DNA of 64,000 nt from NCBI GenBank assembly GCA_040285855.1, contig JAUFOQ010000001.1, positions 3,906,001 through 3,970,000 of the forward strand. The letters are read 5' to 3'. Within the stretch, counting starts at the first letter, position 1. Each line of letters begins with the position of its first letter. The DNA comes from Eukaryota sp. GEM-RC1. Its lineage: Eukaryota. The notes below the pieces were generated by a model. The model was given only the letters and a program-made list of their open reading frames with translations, ran no database searches and was not told where the DNA came from. The translations under genes and the position numbers were made by a program. Shown here in pieces: positions 1 to 12,043 of this stretch.

Positions 1-46
1 GCATTTTGAAGGTACTATTAGTAGCAGGAATTTTCCACAAGATCCA

Positions 47-1395
47 ATGTCCTCCTCTGAATCAGAACATCTGTCTTTCTCCTCTTCTGCGGAGGCTAGT
101 GATATAGCCAGTGATATAGAGCTGGATGATTCAACAATAATCCCCGATACAGATGTTTCTTCCACAGCAGTGTGGCATGATTCTGACGATGAATCACTTA
201 CTACTGATCTATCTTCACACAGTAAACTGAAAAAACTTCGTTCCAATTTCGATGAAACCGTAGTCAGTGGTACTGTTTTATCATCAAAACTTCAGGAACA
301 ATACACTAAACTGGTCAACACTAAAGTAACATGGCCTACAACACTTAACGATCTTTCATCTTCAAAACTTCCACTAGTTTGCTCAGCTACTTGGTCTCTC
401 AAGTCCTCAATCCCAGCTTCTTTCTCCTGTCACTCCGCCAGAGCTTCCCTTAACTCCTGGAACTTCCCCTACACTTATAAAGGAGTTCTCACTTCCAATC
501 AATCTAAGTCCTGTTCTCTTAAGTTCATCTCCACGTCCTGTTTCGGCTCTACTTTCTCCGACCGATCTCTCAATCTGTATCGCTACCTTGGTAATTCCTC
601 TTCAGAAATCTTGACTTCCATCCGTCTTCCTGATCTCCCTTCTCCCCAACTCTCTCTTGTTGGAGGAAAGGGAATCTGTCATGGAGTTAGACCCTTCTTC
701 TACGTTGCAGACTTTAATTGCGCTTCAATATCCAAACAGATTACAAAGCCTTTAACTGGAACTGATTCTGGACTTCAACACGTGTCTACCAATCATAATG
801 ACGTGATGACTTTAATCACAAAGGATCAAAAAGTGACTCTTGTCGATGGTCATAATTTCATGAAGATTTCTAGTATTAAAACAGTTGGAAAACCTGTTGC
901 TTGTAGTTTTAACCAAAATATTAATTTCCCAAATTCTTTTTCAATTGTTACTAGCAACGGTCGTTTATCCATCTATGATCTCAGAAACTCGTTGATTCCA
1001 ATCTTATCGCGTGACACTAATGACTCTTGTTCTTCAGTTGCCTTTTCTAATAATCTATTGGCAACAGGAAATCAAAGTGGTGTTGTTTCATTGTGGGAAG
1101 TTAATGGTTCAAAGTTTGAACAATTGAAAGAATTTCAAAATTTGGTTACTCCTATTGATTCAGTTCAGTTTTCATGTGATGCTAAATTTTTAATATTTTC
1201 ATCTGCGAAATCTCGAAGCGGATGTCGTGTTGTCAACACGAGTGATCTTATTTCATCTAGTAATTTCCCGCCTTTTGAGCTCAAAAAATCTACAGTCACG
1301 TGCTTTGATTGGAGTTCAAACGGGGGTTATTAACTGTTGGAACCAATTCTGGTGAAGTCCATGGATTGGAAGTTGATTGTTATAGTAGTATTTAG
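47..1395 (+). CDS. UTP18: WD40 protein, UTP18-like (SSU processome component)
   Basis: Acidic N-terminus with AVWHDSDDE motif; WD40 repeats (LATGNQSGVVSLWEV, KEFQNLVTPIDSVQFS, VTCFDWSSNGG). A frameshift near the G5 run at ~1322-1330 continues as LTVGTNSGEVHGLEVDCYSSI* (TAG at 1395). Confidence 0.75.
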
Positions 1396-1566
1396 TTATT
1401 TTTCTAGTTTTATTAGATGTTTTTTTGTTAGATTTAAGTCATTTAAAAATTATTTAAATTTTCTAGTTTTCCATCTCAATTTTAATAATCGAAAAGTCTG
1501 AAGTTTAGCAACAGTAAAAGGCACTAGTAATGTTAACATTCATAAAACCAAATATTTGAATTTTTT

Positions 1567-2208
1567 TTACATGAAGTCATCTTCTACTTCTTCCAGTGTC
1601 TTTCCTTCTAAGTACTTATTAGAAACCTTGTTATCAGACGACATTAACGACGAATAACTCTTCAGTTCATCTTCTTCTCGCTTTCGTTCAAGTTCTTCTT
1701 GTTGTTTTCTTCTAAACTCTTGTTGTTCATGTCTCCTTCTTCTTGCCAACAGAGATTCACGCTCAGTTTTTAACTTTTCTAAATCCGGAAACTCTTCAGT
1801 CCTTGTTTTATTTAGTCGATTTAAAACTGAATTATCTTTTTGTTGTACCGTGTAATAACGACAAAGATTACGATCTTTGAAGGAGACTTGACCCGCCACC
1901 ATGTGTGATGTTTTGAGTAGATTAGAAGCAGGGGTGCAGACAATACGGACGTTGTTTTGTTTACACCCTTGTATAGAATTAGCCTTGGTGAGTTGACAAA
2001 TGTCCGTAATGACTTCGGAAGGGACATCATCTATGGACATTCCATCAGGAAGTCGAAGGTAGAGATGTGCAGAGGAAAGACTATCTACATGGAACCACCA
2101 GTCGCAGTCCCAAGCGTAGCGAATAAGAGCTTCGTTCTCCATTTTGTCCTTACCAGAATATAGGGTATAAGAAACACCATCAGGTGCAACAGATGTGAAA
2201 AAGTACAT
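1567..2208 (-). CDS. CCDC25: CCDC25/Jlp2-like protein (NFACT-R/DUF814 domain plus C-terminal coiled coil)
   Basis: Intact 213-aa ORF with GKDKxENE, WFHVDSLSSAHLYLR, QLTKANSIQG motifs and terminal EDDFM typical of the family. Confidence 0.92.
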   Translation of the reverse strand: MYFFTSVAPDGVSYTLYSGKDKMENEALIRYAWDCDWWFHVDSLSSAHLYLRLPDGMSIDDVPSEVITDICQLTKANSIQGCKQNNVRIVCTPASNLLKTSHMVAGQVSFKDRNLCRYYTVQQKDNSVLNRLNKTRTEEFPDLEKLKTERESLLARRRRHEQQEFRRKQQEELERKREEDELKSYSSLMSSDNKVSNKYLEGKTLEEVEDDFM

Positions 2209-2287
2209 TAAGTAAGAAGTTCTTGTAGTAGTATGTGCAAGCAGTTGTTAAGACTGAATTCCTGACAAACTCAAAAGTCTCACTTCA

Positions 2288-5200
2288 ATGGAACATCCTT
2301 TCCGTTCCGCCTTACAATGCCATCTGGATGGGTTTACACCTCCTACATCACCATTACCTCTAACATTCTCTGATCTTGAGTTCTCTATAGAAGATCAACT
2401 ATTTGTTAGTAAAGGTGGTGGTCATATCTCAGTTCTGTGGGCTGCTAAATCCCATGTATACCACCATTCTCGAAAAAAGAAAGAAGAGAAAATCCTTGCC
2501 ATCGTGCGCCATTATTCCTCAGTCTACTCTGCCTTTCTGATCAATCCCATGGGTTGGAGAGGAAACAAATACTCCATCTATGACGTCATCCCTATCACAG
2601 ATTTCCCTATTGTTTCCAAGAGTTCTCTAAGGAAGATTCGTGATGAGGACGGACATTCTCTTCCATAGACTTTGGACTTCTCCAACTCGACATTGACCTC
2701 ACGTCTTCCCAGTTCTATTCTCTCTTCACTGTGCTCCAACTAGTGTGTGATGAAATGTTTGCTTCTTCTCAATCACTGTCACGTTATCAGTCACGTGCCT
2801 ATTCAGTCAAATTCAGTCGAGGGATTTCTACTGACGTGGATGTGGAACATTCATTGGATTACGTTGCTAAACTACTGACTACTGATGTGTCGTCATCATT
2901 GAGAGACGATTTGATTAAAGAATTATCACGGTCACTTTCCCTTTCTGAACAGGTCAGAAATGCTGTACTAGATATGATTCAAACTTCATTAGCTGAATTA
3001 TCTCAAAAAGATATTAAGACTCATTTAACTCTATTTGAAATATTATTTAAATCAAGTACTGGAAATCTTAAAGAAGTTAATCTTATTTCAACTTTTCTGG
3101 CAAAGTTGTCTTCACTTCATTGGCCTCATGTTGTAATGAGTCAAATTTCAAATCTTAAGCAAAATTTTGAAGATTTAGCATCGTTCTTGCCCTTTCCAGC
3201 CTTGGTTGATTTCCCCTCTGTTCCTCCACCGAGCTCTATTTCTGATTTGATTACTGGACCGACACGTTTCCGGTCAGAATCATTTCAGTCAGAATCAGGA
3301 AGATTTGAATTGGGTGATAGTTTCCCCAGCAATAGTCTGATTTTGACCTCTTTGATCATATCAAATAATGGACAATCAATTTTGATTAATCCAGCTGATT
3401 GCAATCCTCCTTTCACAGTCGTCACGTCATCAGTTCCTTCCACTTTTGATTCTAGTCATTCAGAATTCTCACGTTTACTGAGTTTTGGAACAGACATTCC
3501 ATTCTACAATACTCCTCCCAAAAATGATCCGTTTCCACTTCGAAGTAAAATTTCTGAAAGTTTTAATTATTTGTCAAATGTTTTAGGAGGACTTGAACTT
3601 GGATTGGTATATGATCGCGTTATTGATATTGATTGTATCAGTAGTAAGTTGATTGTTTCAGTGACTACGATGTCAACGACAGACCTGCCTCTTTCGGTGG
3701 AATCAAACTATCAATGGAGATCAATTACTGATTACGAACACGACTTCTATCAAAAATATAATGGTATTGATTATCGTGACAGGTTAGTCAGCTTATCTTG
3801 TAATCCAATTGGAGGTGATCGCTATTTGAAAATCATTTCTGATTGGTTACACACTTGCCATTACCAGAGTCAATTGAAGTCTGGATTTTATCTAGGATAT
3901 TTGAATGTTTTGTCAGATATGGATGGGCTTCATTTGTTAGTAGATTCATGTCATCGTGATTGTATTCCAATGACGTTGATTTCTGACCACCTGCCTCAAA
4001 TGGAGGAGCTGGCCTGGTTAAAAACAATCAATCTACAATCAAATCCCAATCAATTGGAATCTAGTAACGTTGATAATTTTCAAGATATTTCTAAATTTAT
4101 TAAGAAGTTTTCCAACGCCGTTGATTCATTAAAATCCAAACTGAAAGTTGATACTTTAGGTGACCTTTATGATTGGGAGGTGATTCCACTTGACCGTAAC
4201 TTCCATCGATCAAAAATGATTGTATTTGTCACGTTTGGTGATGAGACTACTTTCCCTGAGTCGTTTACCTATTTGCCAATCAATTCCTTCGAAGTACGCC
4301 ACCTTTCTTGGAACTTTGCTCCAGTTGTTACCCCTTTGTATAGAAAAACTGACGAATTAACAGAACGAGAATCAGCAATCAAATTAATCACAGATGACGC
4401 TATGGCTCAATCAGAAATGATTGAACAGTTCCAGACTGAAGCTGTTCAATTGGATCGCGTGTTCAATCTTTTCAGGTGGTATTCTCGAATTATTTCTTGG
4501 ATTGTAGATGGATCTAAACCTTCTTTTAAATTTGTTAAAAATTTCAATTCTGTTCCTACTTTTGAACTCGCTTACGGTGCTCTAGAAATCACTGAAAAAC
4601 AATATGAGCGTCTTGCTGATCAATTCTGTGCCTTAGGAAACTCCTTGACTGAGTCGTCATTTCTGACCTATGATGACGTGGTCTCTGCTCTCTTGCCTTA
4701 TTGGGCAAAATTTGATAAAGAGGATGAGGCTTTTATTGAAACTGAATTAGAATTAAAAACCACTTCTCACAAGAATTTTGTGCCCTCGTTGAAACCTTCA
4801 GAATTAATTCGAGATGTTGTAAAAATTGAGGAAATGTCGTCATCCTTTCAATTTTCTGATTTGATGAATCACGTGGAATATTGTTTGTCGTCAGAAGATT
4901 TATGTTCATATATTCTTCAAGAAATTGTTGAATCTTCTTTGATTGAGACTGTTGACGTTCCACTTTATATTCACCTTGAAGAAATTCTATCAGAAATGAT
5001 TGAAGTTGTGGAGGTCGTCGACAGCCTCACAACGGAAACGTGCCTTTTATGTTTTGAGCATAACAGTCTTGCTCAACTAGAGTCTGAGCAACAGAATTAC
5101 AGAAAGTCTCTATTTGACCTTTTCAATCAACCTCTACCTGATTATGAACGTTCCCCTTTCAAATCTCGTTTTAACGATCCTCTAGAATTGTTAAAAACTC

Positions 5201-6690
5201 CATTTACTGCTTTTATTAAAGACCACGCGAGTTTTTTTTAATGAAACTATTTTTCATTTTCAGTCTTTCTTTGAATATTTAGATATTTTGTTTGATTTAG
5301 AATCTGAGTTTCATGAACTTGAGAGCCATACAATGGTCAAACTTAATCTTGACTTATTAAAAAGTCAAGAGAATTCAATAGAAGTACAACCTTCGTTTGA
5401 GCCAAGAACACCAGTCACAAATGTCTCTATTTCTGATCTTCTTTTCAATCAAATAAGATTGAGCGTCCCTCACCTAACAAATCAAGAGTCGAATATCAAT
5501 ACGATGAACAGTTTAAAACTCCATCACGACCTTCTTCAATTATTTTAAATTTCAATCAAAGTTCAAAAACTAAAAAGAAGCCAACTTTAACTCCACAAAT
5601 CAAACGAAACGTTGCCAAACTCCGACAGTTAAATTCGTTGTATTCAAACTTGGAACGTACAGAGCCTGCTCCTGCTGCTTTTCAAGATATGCACATCCCA
5701 ACTTTAACCGACTCTAATGCTTTGGAAGAGTCCGTTTCTTTCAAGGAAGAAGAAGAAGTTTTTGTTGAAGATGATCCTCCAAATAAGGATCACGTGAAAC
5801 TTTTGATTGAAGGAGAGCAGTTCTCTTTTCCCAAGGAAAATTTTAAAAATTGTAAAATTTTCGATGACGTTGATGTTGCTGCAAATCTTTCATTGGAGTT
5901 ACATGATGTTACTGTATCTCAATTCGAAAAAACTTTTGAATTTTTAAATTTTATTGATGATATTCCTACACTAGTACAAAAGGTATCCGAGTTCTGTAAA
6001 AATTTTAAATCTTCTGTAATTGATCTTTTAATCACTTCAGAAGTCTTGAGAATTCCTGAACTTTTTGTTCTATCTCTGGATTACTTCCACTCAAGTCAAG
6101 GCAACGTATCCGAATGTATCAAGGTAGCATGTGATTCTTTCCTCCAATCAAAAATGACCATTTCCGATTGGGTAGACCTCGAAGACAAGTTCATTGATTT
6201 GATCCCTATTTTTGATCTCCTTTGGTTTACACGGTGTGTCGTTACTTTCCCCGAGCTTATTGGTTATAGTGGAATTGAACCTCCTTTAGAGAGATTGCTT
6301 TCTAAATTCTCTGAAGAACAGGGTGAGTGGTCATTTACATTTGCTTCCTTGTGGTTGTCGAATCTTTGTAAAACGTCAAATTTTGAATTATCTGATGCTG
6401 ATTTTGCTGTTTTAGAAAAAGTTGGCGATCGTATTTTTACTCTGAATTTTGCAAGTTTCGATTTTGTTGATGTTTCCAATCTGTCGTCTATTCTATATTA
6501 TTGTCCGAATATTTTGACTTTGAATTTAAAAAATTCCTGCTTTGACGACTCACATGTTGATGTTTTTCTGAATTATTGTGATATTTTAAAAGAAGTTGAT
6601 GTTGTGGGAAGTAAAATTTCTCAAAAAGGAGTTGAAGCTCTCAAAACTTCTTTCCCCTCTATATATATACGGTTCAATGAATCTTCATAA
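2288..6690 (+). CDS. Probable single ~1460-aa protein: ANKFN1/Wake-like conserved domain (~3870-4520), BTB/POZ-like domain (~5790-6090), C-terminal LRRs; split by 3 frameshifts
   Basis: ORFs 2288-2668, 2731-5241, 5288-5548 and 5638-6690 overlap in open alternative frames at each junction. Motifs: LKSGFYLGYL..., LYDWEVIPL, FTYLPINSFEVRH, VKLLIEGEQFSFPK...SLELHDVT, and CPNILTLNLKNS/LKEVDVVGSKISQKGV. Confidence 0.55.
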
Positions 6691-6897
6691 ATAATGTATT
6701 ATATCCAAATTTTTTGTTTCCAAATGTGACCTTCTTGTTTGTTCTTTAGGGTATTAGAGAACTTTCTTCTGATTGTGATGCTGTAAGGCTGTGGTGCAAG
6801 CGTATTTGAAGACGCATCTTAAGTTGGAAGTACAGTAGTGATACTTTACTGCTGTCCAAGTAAAGGAATAACAATGAAAAACTTTTTGCATATAAAC

Positions 6898-7583
6898 CAG
6901 TGTTATACCATAACCGAATTTTCAAATGCCATGCGCCTATGGCCTATGGGTCATGGCTTTCGGACGCATGGCGCGAAAATACGCATGGCACATTGGCAAT
7001 ATTTTTGATATCCAACCAGGTTAGTAGATATTACGTAAATGAACACATATCGATATATCCCAGTATGTATTATTGGTTTGTAAGTGCAAATCTGTTCTCA
7101 TACAATTCACAATCAATTTGAATCGAGTTCTGATTTTGATGATTCTTATACTCCTGTTACATGCAGGAAATCAAATGGTACAGTAGCTTATGTAGTCAAG
7201 AAGCTTGCCATTCAGTAAATCTCACAAGTATTCTTTTATTCACTCAAACAGAAGGAACTAGCTCACAACCAAAGAGCTAGGAAGTTAGTGCATGTGCACT
7301 TTACTTCCAAATTTCAGAAACAAGCTGGTCTTATGAATCAAAGATGGACAGAACACAGCATGGACAACGATTCTGACAAATAGAGCTCTTTATATAGGTT
7401 TAATAAATAACATTCTTTAAGCAAACGTATCATAGAAATTCACTGTACATGCTCATGTAGTATGTCATTGTTGGAATAACAACACGTGTTAACACGCCAT
7501 AACAACACGGCCATAATCAGAAAATGCCATGCGCCTATGGACGCATGGCACGCATGGCAGTTATGGCCGTCATGGTACAAGTG
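6898..7583. mobile_element. hAT-like non-autonomous DNA transposon (MITE)
   Basis: Perfect 8-bp TSD ATATAAAC (6890-6897 and 7584-7591); degenerate termini CAGTGTTATACCAT / ATGGTACAAGTG; subterminal GCCATG/CATGGC repeats at both ends. Confidence 0.75.
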
Positions 7584-7601
7584 ATATAAACCCTTCAGTT
7601 C

Positions 7602-8152
7602 ATGTCCACTCAACACTATATTGATAAACCTTTAGTCTGGTTCGATGGAGAGTATACCGGCTTGAACATCTCTAAAGATCGTGTTCTTGAATATGCTGTC
7701 ATCCTAACTGACTCCAGATCTGAACGTTGTTGATACACTTGGACCTATCGTATTGCATCAAAGTGATGAACTTCTTGCTACCATGGATGAGTGGTGCACT
7801 AGAACTCATACTGGTAGCGGTCTTGTTGCCAAAGTCAAGGAGTCTTCTGTAACCGAGGACGAAGCCCAAACCGTCCTCTTCGATTTCATCTCTAGGTATT
7901 GTCGTCCTGGTGAAGGAATCCTTGCTGGGAACACTATTCACGCTGATATGGTTTATGTGAAGAAGTTCTTCCCCAAAGTGGCTAACCATTTGCACTACCG
8001 CCTCGTTGACGTATCTACAATCAAGGAAATCTATGCTCGCAAGTACCCCGCCCTTCCCCCCCTTCGCCAAGAAACTCAGCCATCGTGCTCTGGATGATAT
8101 TCAAGAAAGTATCGCTGAGCTGAAGTATTATTATGCGACCATTTTCAAGTAA
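7602..8152 (+). CDS. orn: Oligoribonuclease (Orn/REXO2, DEDDh exonuclease); two single-base frameshifts
   Basis: MSTQHYIDKPLVWFDGEYTGL..., MDEWCTRTHTGSGL, LAGNTIHAD, LHYRLVDVSTIKE, HRALDDIQESIAELKYY. Frame breaks at ~7712 and in the C run at ~8056-8062. Confidence 0.92.
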
Positions 8153-8159
8153 GTACTCA

Positions 8160-8262
8160 GAGTAGAGTTGCTCATCGATCGACTCAGCGTACTCGAAACT
8201 CTGAGCTAAGACTCAGACACAAATCGAGTACGCTGAATGGATCAATGAGCAATTCTTTACTC
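8160..8262. repeat. ~37-bp imperfect inverted repeat (hairpin or tiny MITE) just 3' of orn
   Basis: GAGTAGAGTTGCTCATCGATCGACTCAGCGTACTCGA pairs with TCGAGTACGCTGAATGGATCAATGAGCAATTCTTTACTC; small CTGAG/CTCAG stem in the loop. Confidence 0.8.
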
Positions 8263-8388
8263 AAGTCTATTCTATTGTCTCATCTTTATTATGGTAATAA
8301 ATCCGTTTTATACGCTTTAAGTGATACAAACATTTATTGTTTTAAAGAACTAACAGTTTTCTTAGTACTAGTACGGACGAGTGTATAC

Positions 8389-8818
8389 CAGTGTTCGAAG
8401 ACATGAAAAACACGCAAAAAGACACCGCGTGTGTACGTGTTTTTCTGCAAAAAACCTAAAAAACTTCGAAAGTACCCTTTTATTTCCCTCAATACTGTAC
8501 GACTTGAATGTTTTTCTATATGTTATACCACAATAGACTGCAATGCCAACAGAAAGTGGCAAAAATACTGACATGATGCGCTATCAAACAAACCTAGAAC
8601 ACCAATTCAACTCAACAGAACCACAGAATCCAAGATTCAGTGATGGGATGTCGCCCAATAGAACGTTTTGATAGTCAATCTCTGCACCATGGATCAGAAT
8701 TGTTTTTCAAAAGAACACACAAAAACACCCAAAAGACACATCAAAGACACCGTGTGGACACGCGTGTTAACACCGACACGGTGTCCTTAAAAAAACACGT
8801 GGGAAATTTCGAACACTG
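8389..8818. mobile_element. hAT-like MITE
   Basis: Perfect 11-bp TIR CAGTGTTCGAA / TTCGAACACTG; near-TSD GTGTATAC vs GTAGTATAC; subterminal GACAC/AAAAACAC repeats. Confidence 0.8.
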
Positions 8819-8821
8819 GTA

Positions 8822-11080
8822 GTATACTCTCTCTTTATGTATGGTCAAACTTCAAAATAAGCTTTTGAAGCATTGTAAAACCTGGATGTTGAACATCATT
8901 TTTGTGTTACTAAAATTCATAATCCCGTTTTTGCTGCTATCTTAAATGATATTAAGAATTCAACTTGCTTGATCACTCAACCACCACGTTCTTTTGGTTT
9001 GCATTTGTCTGATGAGGCTTGGAAATTAAATATGCGATTGCGTTTAGGTTTGTTTCCTGCAGAATTGCCGGACAATTCTGAATGTGTTTGTAATCATCGT
9101 CGCATTGCAACTTTTAGACATGTAATCAATTGCCCCAAATTTATTCAATTTCGTTCAGTTCTTCATAATGCTGTCAGAGATATTACATTTGAAATGTTTA
9201 AAGCTCATGGATTTCATGCCAAAGTTGAAAATGTATTTAGTAAGTTGGGTCTTGATTTAATTACTAATTCTCGTCGAGGTGACTTACATGGTCCTTTTAT
9301 TGATACAAATCAAATTATCCTTGATGTTACAACAATAGATCCATGTGCTCAAACTTATGTTGATGGCTTAAATTCAAAAGGTTTCAATCACCTAGAAACA
9401 GCCGAAAAACCTAAAATTGATTTGCATTCCAAAGATGTTGCTAAACTCAATCAAAATTTAGATTTAAAATTTATATTTGTTCCATTTGCTAATTTACTTT
9501 TATTGACAACAATACTAACAGTGTACAGTACATACATCTAATAATCAATATCCTCAAAGTCCAGATTGCCTATCTCGAAATTCTCACCTACCTTATCCTC
9601 ATAATGTCTGCCAAGAGATAATAAAGCACTAGATACAGAAGTCACCATACCTTTAAAGATAGCAAACACGATTCGATTTTTCCAAAATCTAAGATCAAAA
9701 GTCCTAGATGGTTTTTCTTTTACAATCTTCACAAAGATTTCAAGTAAAGATGTTGCAGATTCACCTAAAGAACCGTACAGTCAAAATACAAAAGGGTATA
9801 ACAAGTAATTCGAGTGTGAAGCCGAATTCAATAATTTCAATTTAGCACAACATTGTTCTTTTTTAAATTTTTCACCAATCAACAGAGGGTTTTTAGCATT
9901 AGATTTAGCAAGTTTCTTGTTGGAACCATTACAAACGTCGATAGACATAACATCAGCAATAATGAAAGAACTATCGAGACCAGGAAATATGACATCACCA
10001 CGGGTATTTCCAAACGATTTGTCAACATCTGTATCGTCAACCAAACCAGCCAAAACTGGTTCTAAAAAGGAAACTATTCCGTAAGATTTACACATATAAT
10101 ATAATTGATCCCTTACTGAATCATGAACCTTACTTCTAAAAGAAATAACACGGTTACAATTCAATAAATGTGTAGGTGTTACAGATTGCCCACATTGGCA
10201 TTTCAAATTATGTGGAAGGTTATCAGGAAAAATTAATGACCGTAAACGCATGTTTAATGACCAAGAGTTATCATCAAGAAAATGACCGTAAACTTGAGGG
10301 ATTTGAGTAAACAGACATGAAGCAGAGCTATTAGAAACATCCATTAAGAAATTTGCAAAAGCGGGATTTTTTTCCTTTGCCATGCCAAGTCGAACATTAT
10401 AATCCAAGCTTTCAAAAATATTTGTGAGTTTCTGTTGTAATTTTTGCAGACAGAACTGAAGATTAGTCAAAGATCTTTCAGGTATTTCAGACACAGATTC
10501 TGGGAAACACTGAGACCAAACGTCAAAAGGTAATTTGATTAACGCTTCATTTAAGTCAACTAAATATTTACATGAATTGGGGTTAATAAGTGAAATATCA
10601 TTAGGAAATCGATTAACAAATTCAAAGACGAAATTTTTCCACCGCCCAAAAAAAGCAGATTTGCAAAGAATTGAAGATTTGGTAAAACCAATACCACCAA
10701 AATGAGCAGAAGTAAACAAATGACTTCTAAGTAACGTTGAATCAACTTCTAATAATGAAGCAAAAGAATTAATCCTCAACTCGTTAAAAGATCTACAGTT
10801 CCATTTGCTATTTCTATTATTGGTAGTATTGGTGAAACGGCTTCTAAGTTTTTAACTGATTTTGGATCTATGTGTAAGTCTCAGAATAAGAGATTTCACT
10901 TATCAATTTGACATAACTGATTTGATTTTTTCTTTGTTCCATTCGGTGCCTAAGTTTTTTAAATCAATTTTCACAAAGTTGGATAAAAACTGTGGTACTG
11001 TTGACCAGGAATTTTCGGTGTCTAGTGTTTCATAGCTTTTATTATGATATGTATTTTTGTACCCTCCATCAAAAAACAAA
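8822..11080 (+). mobile_element. RLE-type non-LTR retrotransposon 3' fragment, family B, split by a family A insertion
   Basis: LNMRLRLG, CVC..H..NC..H (zinc knuckle), RRGD...LDVT (RLE) motifs; resumes at 10798 with VPFAISIIG after a 13-bp duplication. Confidence 0.8.
9492..10797 (-). mobile_element. 5'-truncated RLE-type (CRE-like) non-LTR retrotransposon, family A
   Basis: HFGGIGF, LNMRLR, CQCG..HLLNC..HDSVRD, RGDV..ADV, E..K; ORF ends LDFEDIDY*; 3' end AATAAAAGTAAAT; flanked by 13-bp TSD GTTCCATTTGCTA (9479-9491 and 10798-10810). Confidence 0.85.
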
Positions 11081-11082
11081 AA

Positions 11083-11568
11083 ACGGCTTTTATTTACTCT
11101 TACAAATACAAACTACCATCAATATTAACAAATGAGATACAACTACCTCTACATCATCTCAAATTCATGTCTCAATGCAAAGAGACGGTTCAAAATCGAA
11201 TCCAAATACCTAAACAATGCTTTGAAAAGGGAAAACGACAACATTCCTCTCCAGTAACTTTCATAAAAATTCTTTCCATACTACTTACACAATTTGCCAA
11301 AATCTGTGGAAAATTGTTGATTCAAGCAACAAAACGTTCCATAAAGACAAATAGCAAAAGGATGGAAAACAAAATGATTGTGTCGGCGAGGATTCATCTT
11401 GGAAATTTATTCGCCATAACGATTTAATTTTTTCCTTTCAGCAGTTTCAAGAGCTGAATAGTTTTCGTCTAATATTTTGTTAACAGAAGTTGAGTTACAA
11501 GGATAAACCGTAGTAAAGTCCATAATTATTGGTTGAGAGGACAACCAAGGACCATTCAAATCCTCTAC
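11083..11568 (-). mobile_element. RLE non-LTR 3' fragment, family C
   Basis: Homologous to 23237-23720 (PWLS..IIMDFT, ALETAERKK, HPFAI); 3' end GAGTAAATAAAAG. Confidence 0.75.
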
Positions 11569-11569
11569 T

Positions 11570-12043
11570 CTTTTGTAACAAATCTTGTGTTAGTAGGATA
11601 TTTGATTCTTCTTTTAATCTGTTAACAGCTGCTGAAAAGCTCAAACATTCCAAGTATGACTCCCAAGTAGAAGAATTAAATAGAAACTCATATTCCAAAT
11701 TTGTGTTTCAACCTTTTGATGTTTCTCTTTTTGGATCGACTAGTCCTGCTGGTGATCAATTTTTCAAGGATTTCGAAGATTTGTGTAAAGAAAAGAAGCG
11801 TAAGTTTAGAATGGCTGAATGGAAAAACCGTATAGTGTTTTCCATATATCGGAATATGCATTTCTATTTCTCTAGATTAATCGAGAAATTGTACAAGTTT
11901 GGTGTGAAGGTTAATGTTGATAAACGTAATCTTTTACCGGGTGGTGATGAAGTCGTTTCGATTTAATCTTAGTATTATTTGTTTGTTTTTACAATTTCAT
12001 AGTTTTATAGGAAGGTTACCTTATTGGGTGCCGAATAAAGTTT
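11570..12043 (+). mobile_element. RLE non-LTR 3' fragment, family D
   Basis: CNKSCVSRI..LTAAEKLKHSKY..FQPFDVSLFG..WKNRIVF; ends CCGAATAAAG; homologous to 22020-22260 plus 26750-27010. Confidence 0.8.

Noticed and set aside
6898..8818. Composite hAT transposon carrying orn between two CAGTGTT-ended MITEs
   Set aside because: Each MITE has its own TSD and the outer flanks (ATATAAAC vs GTAGTATA) do not match.
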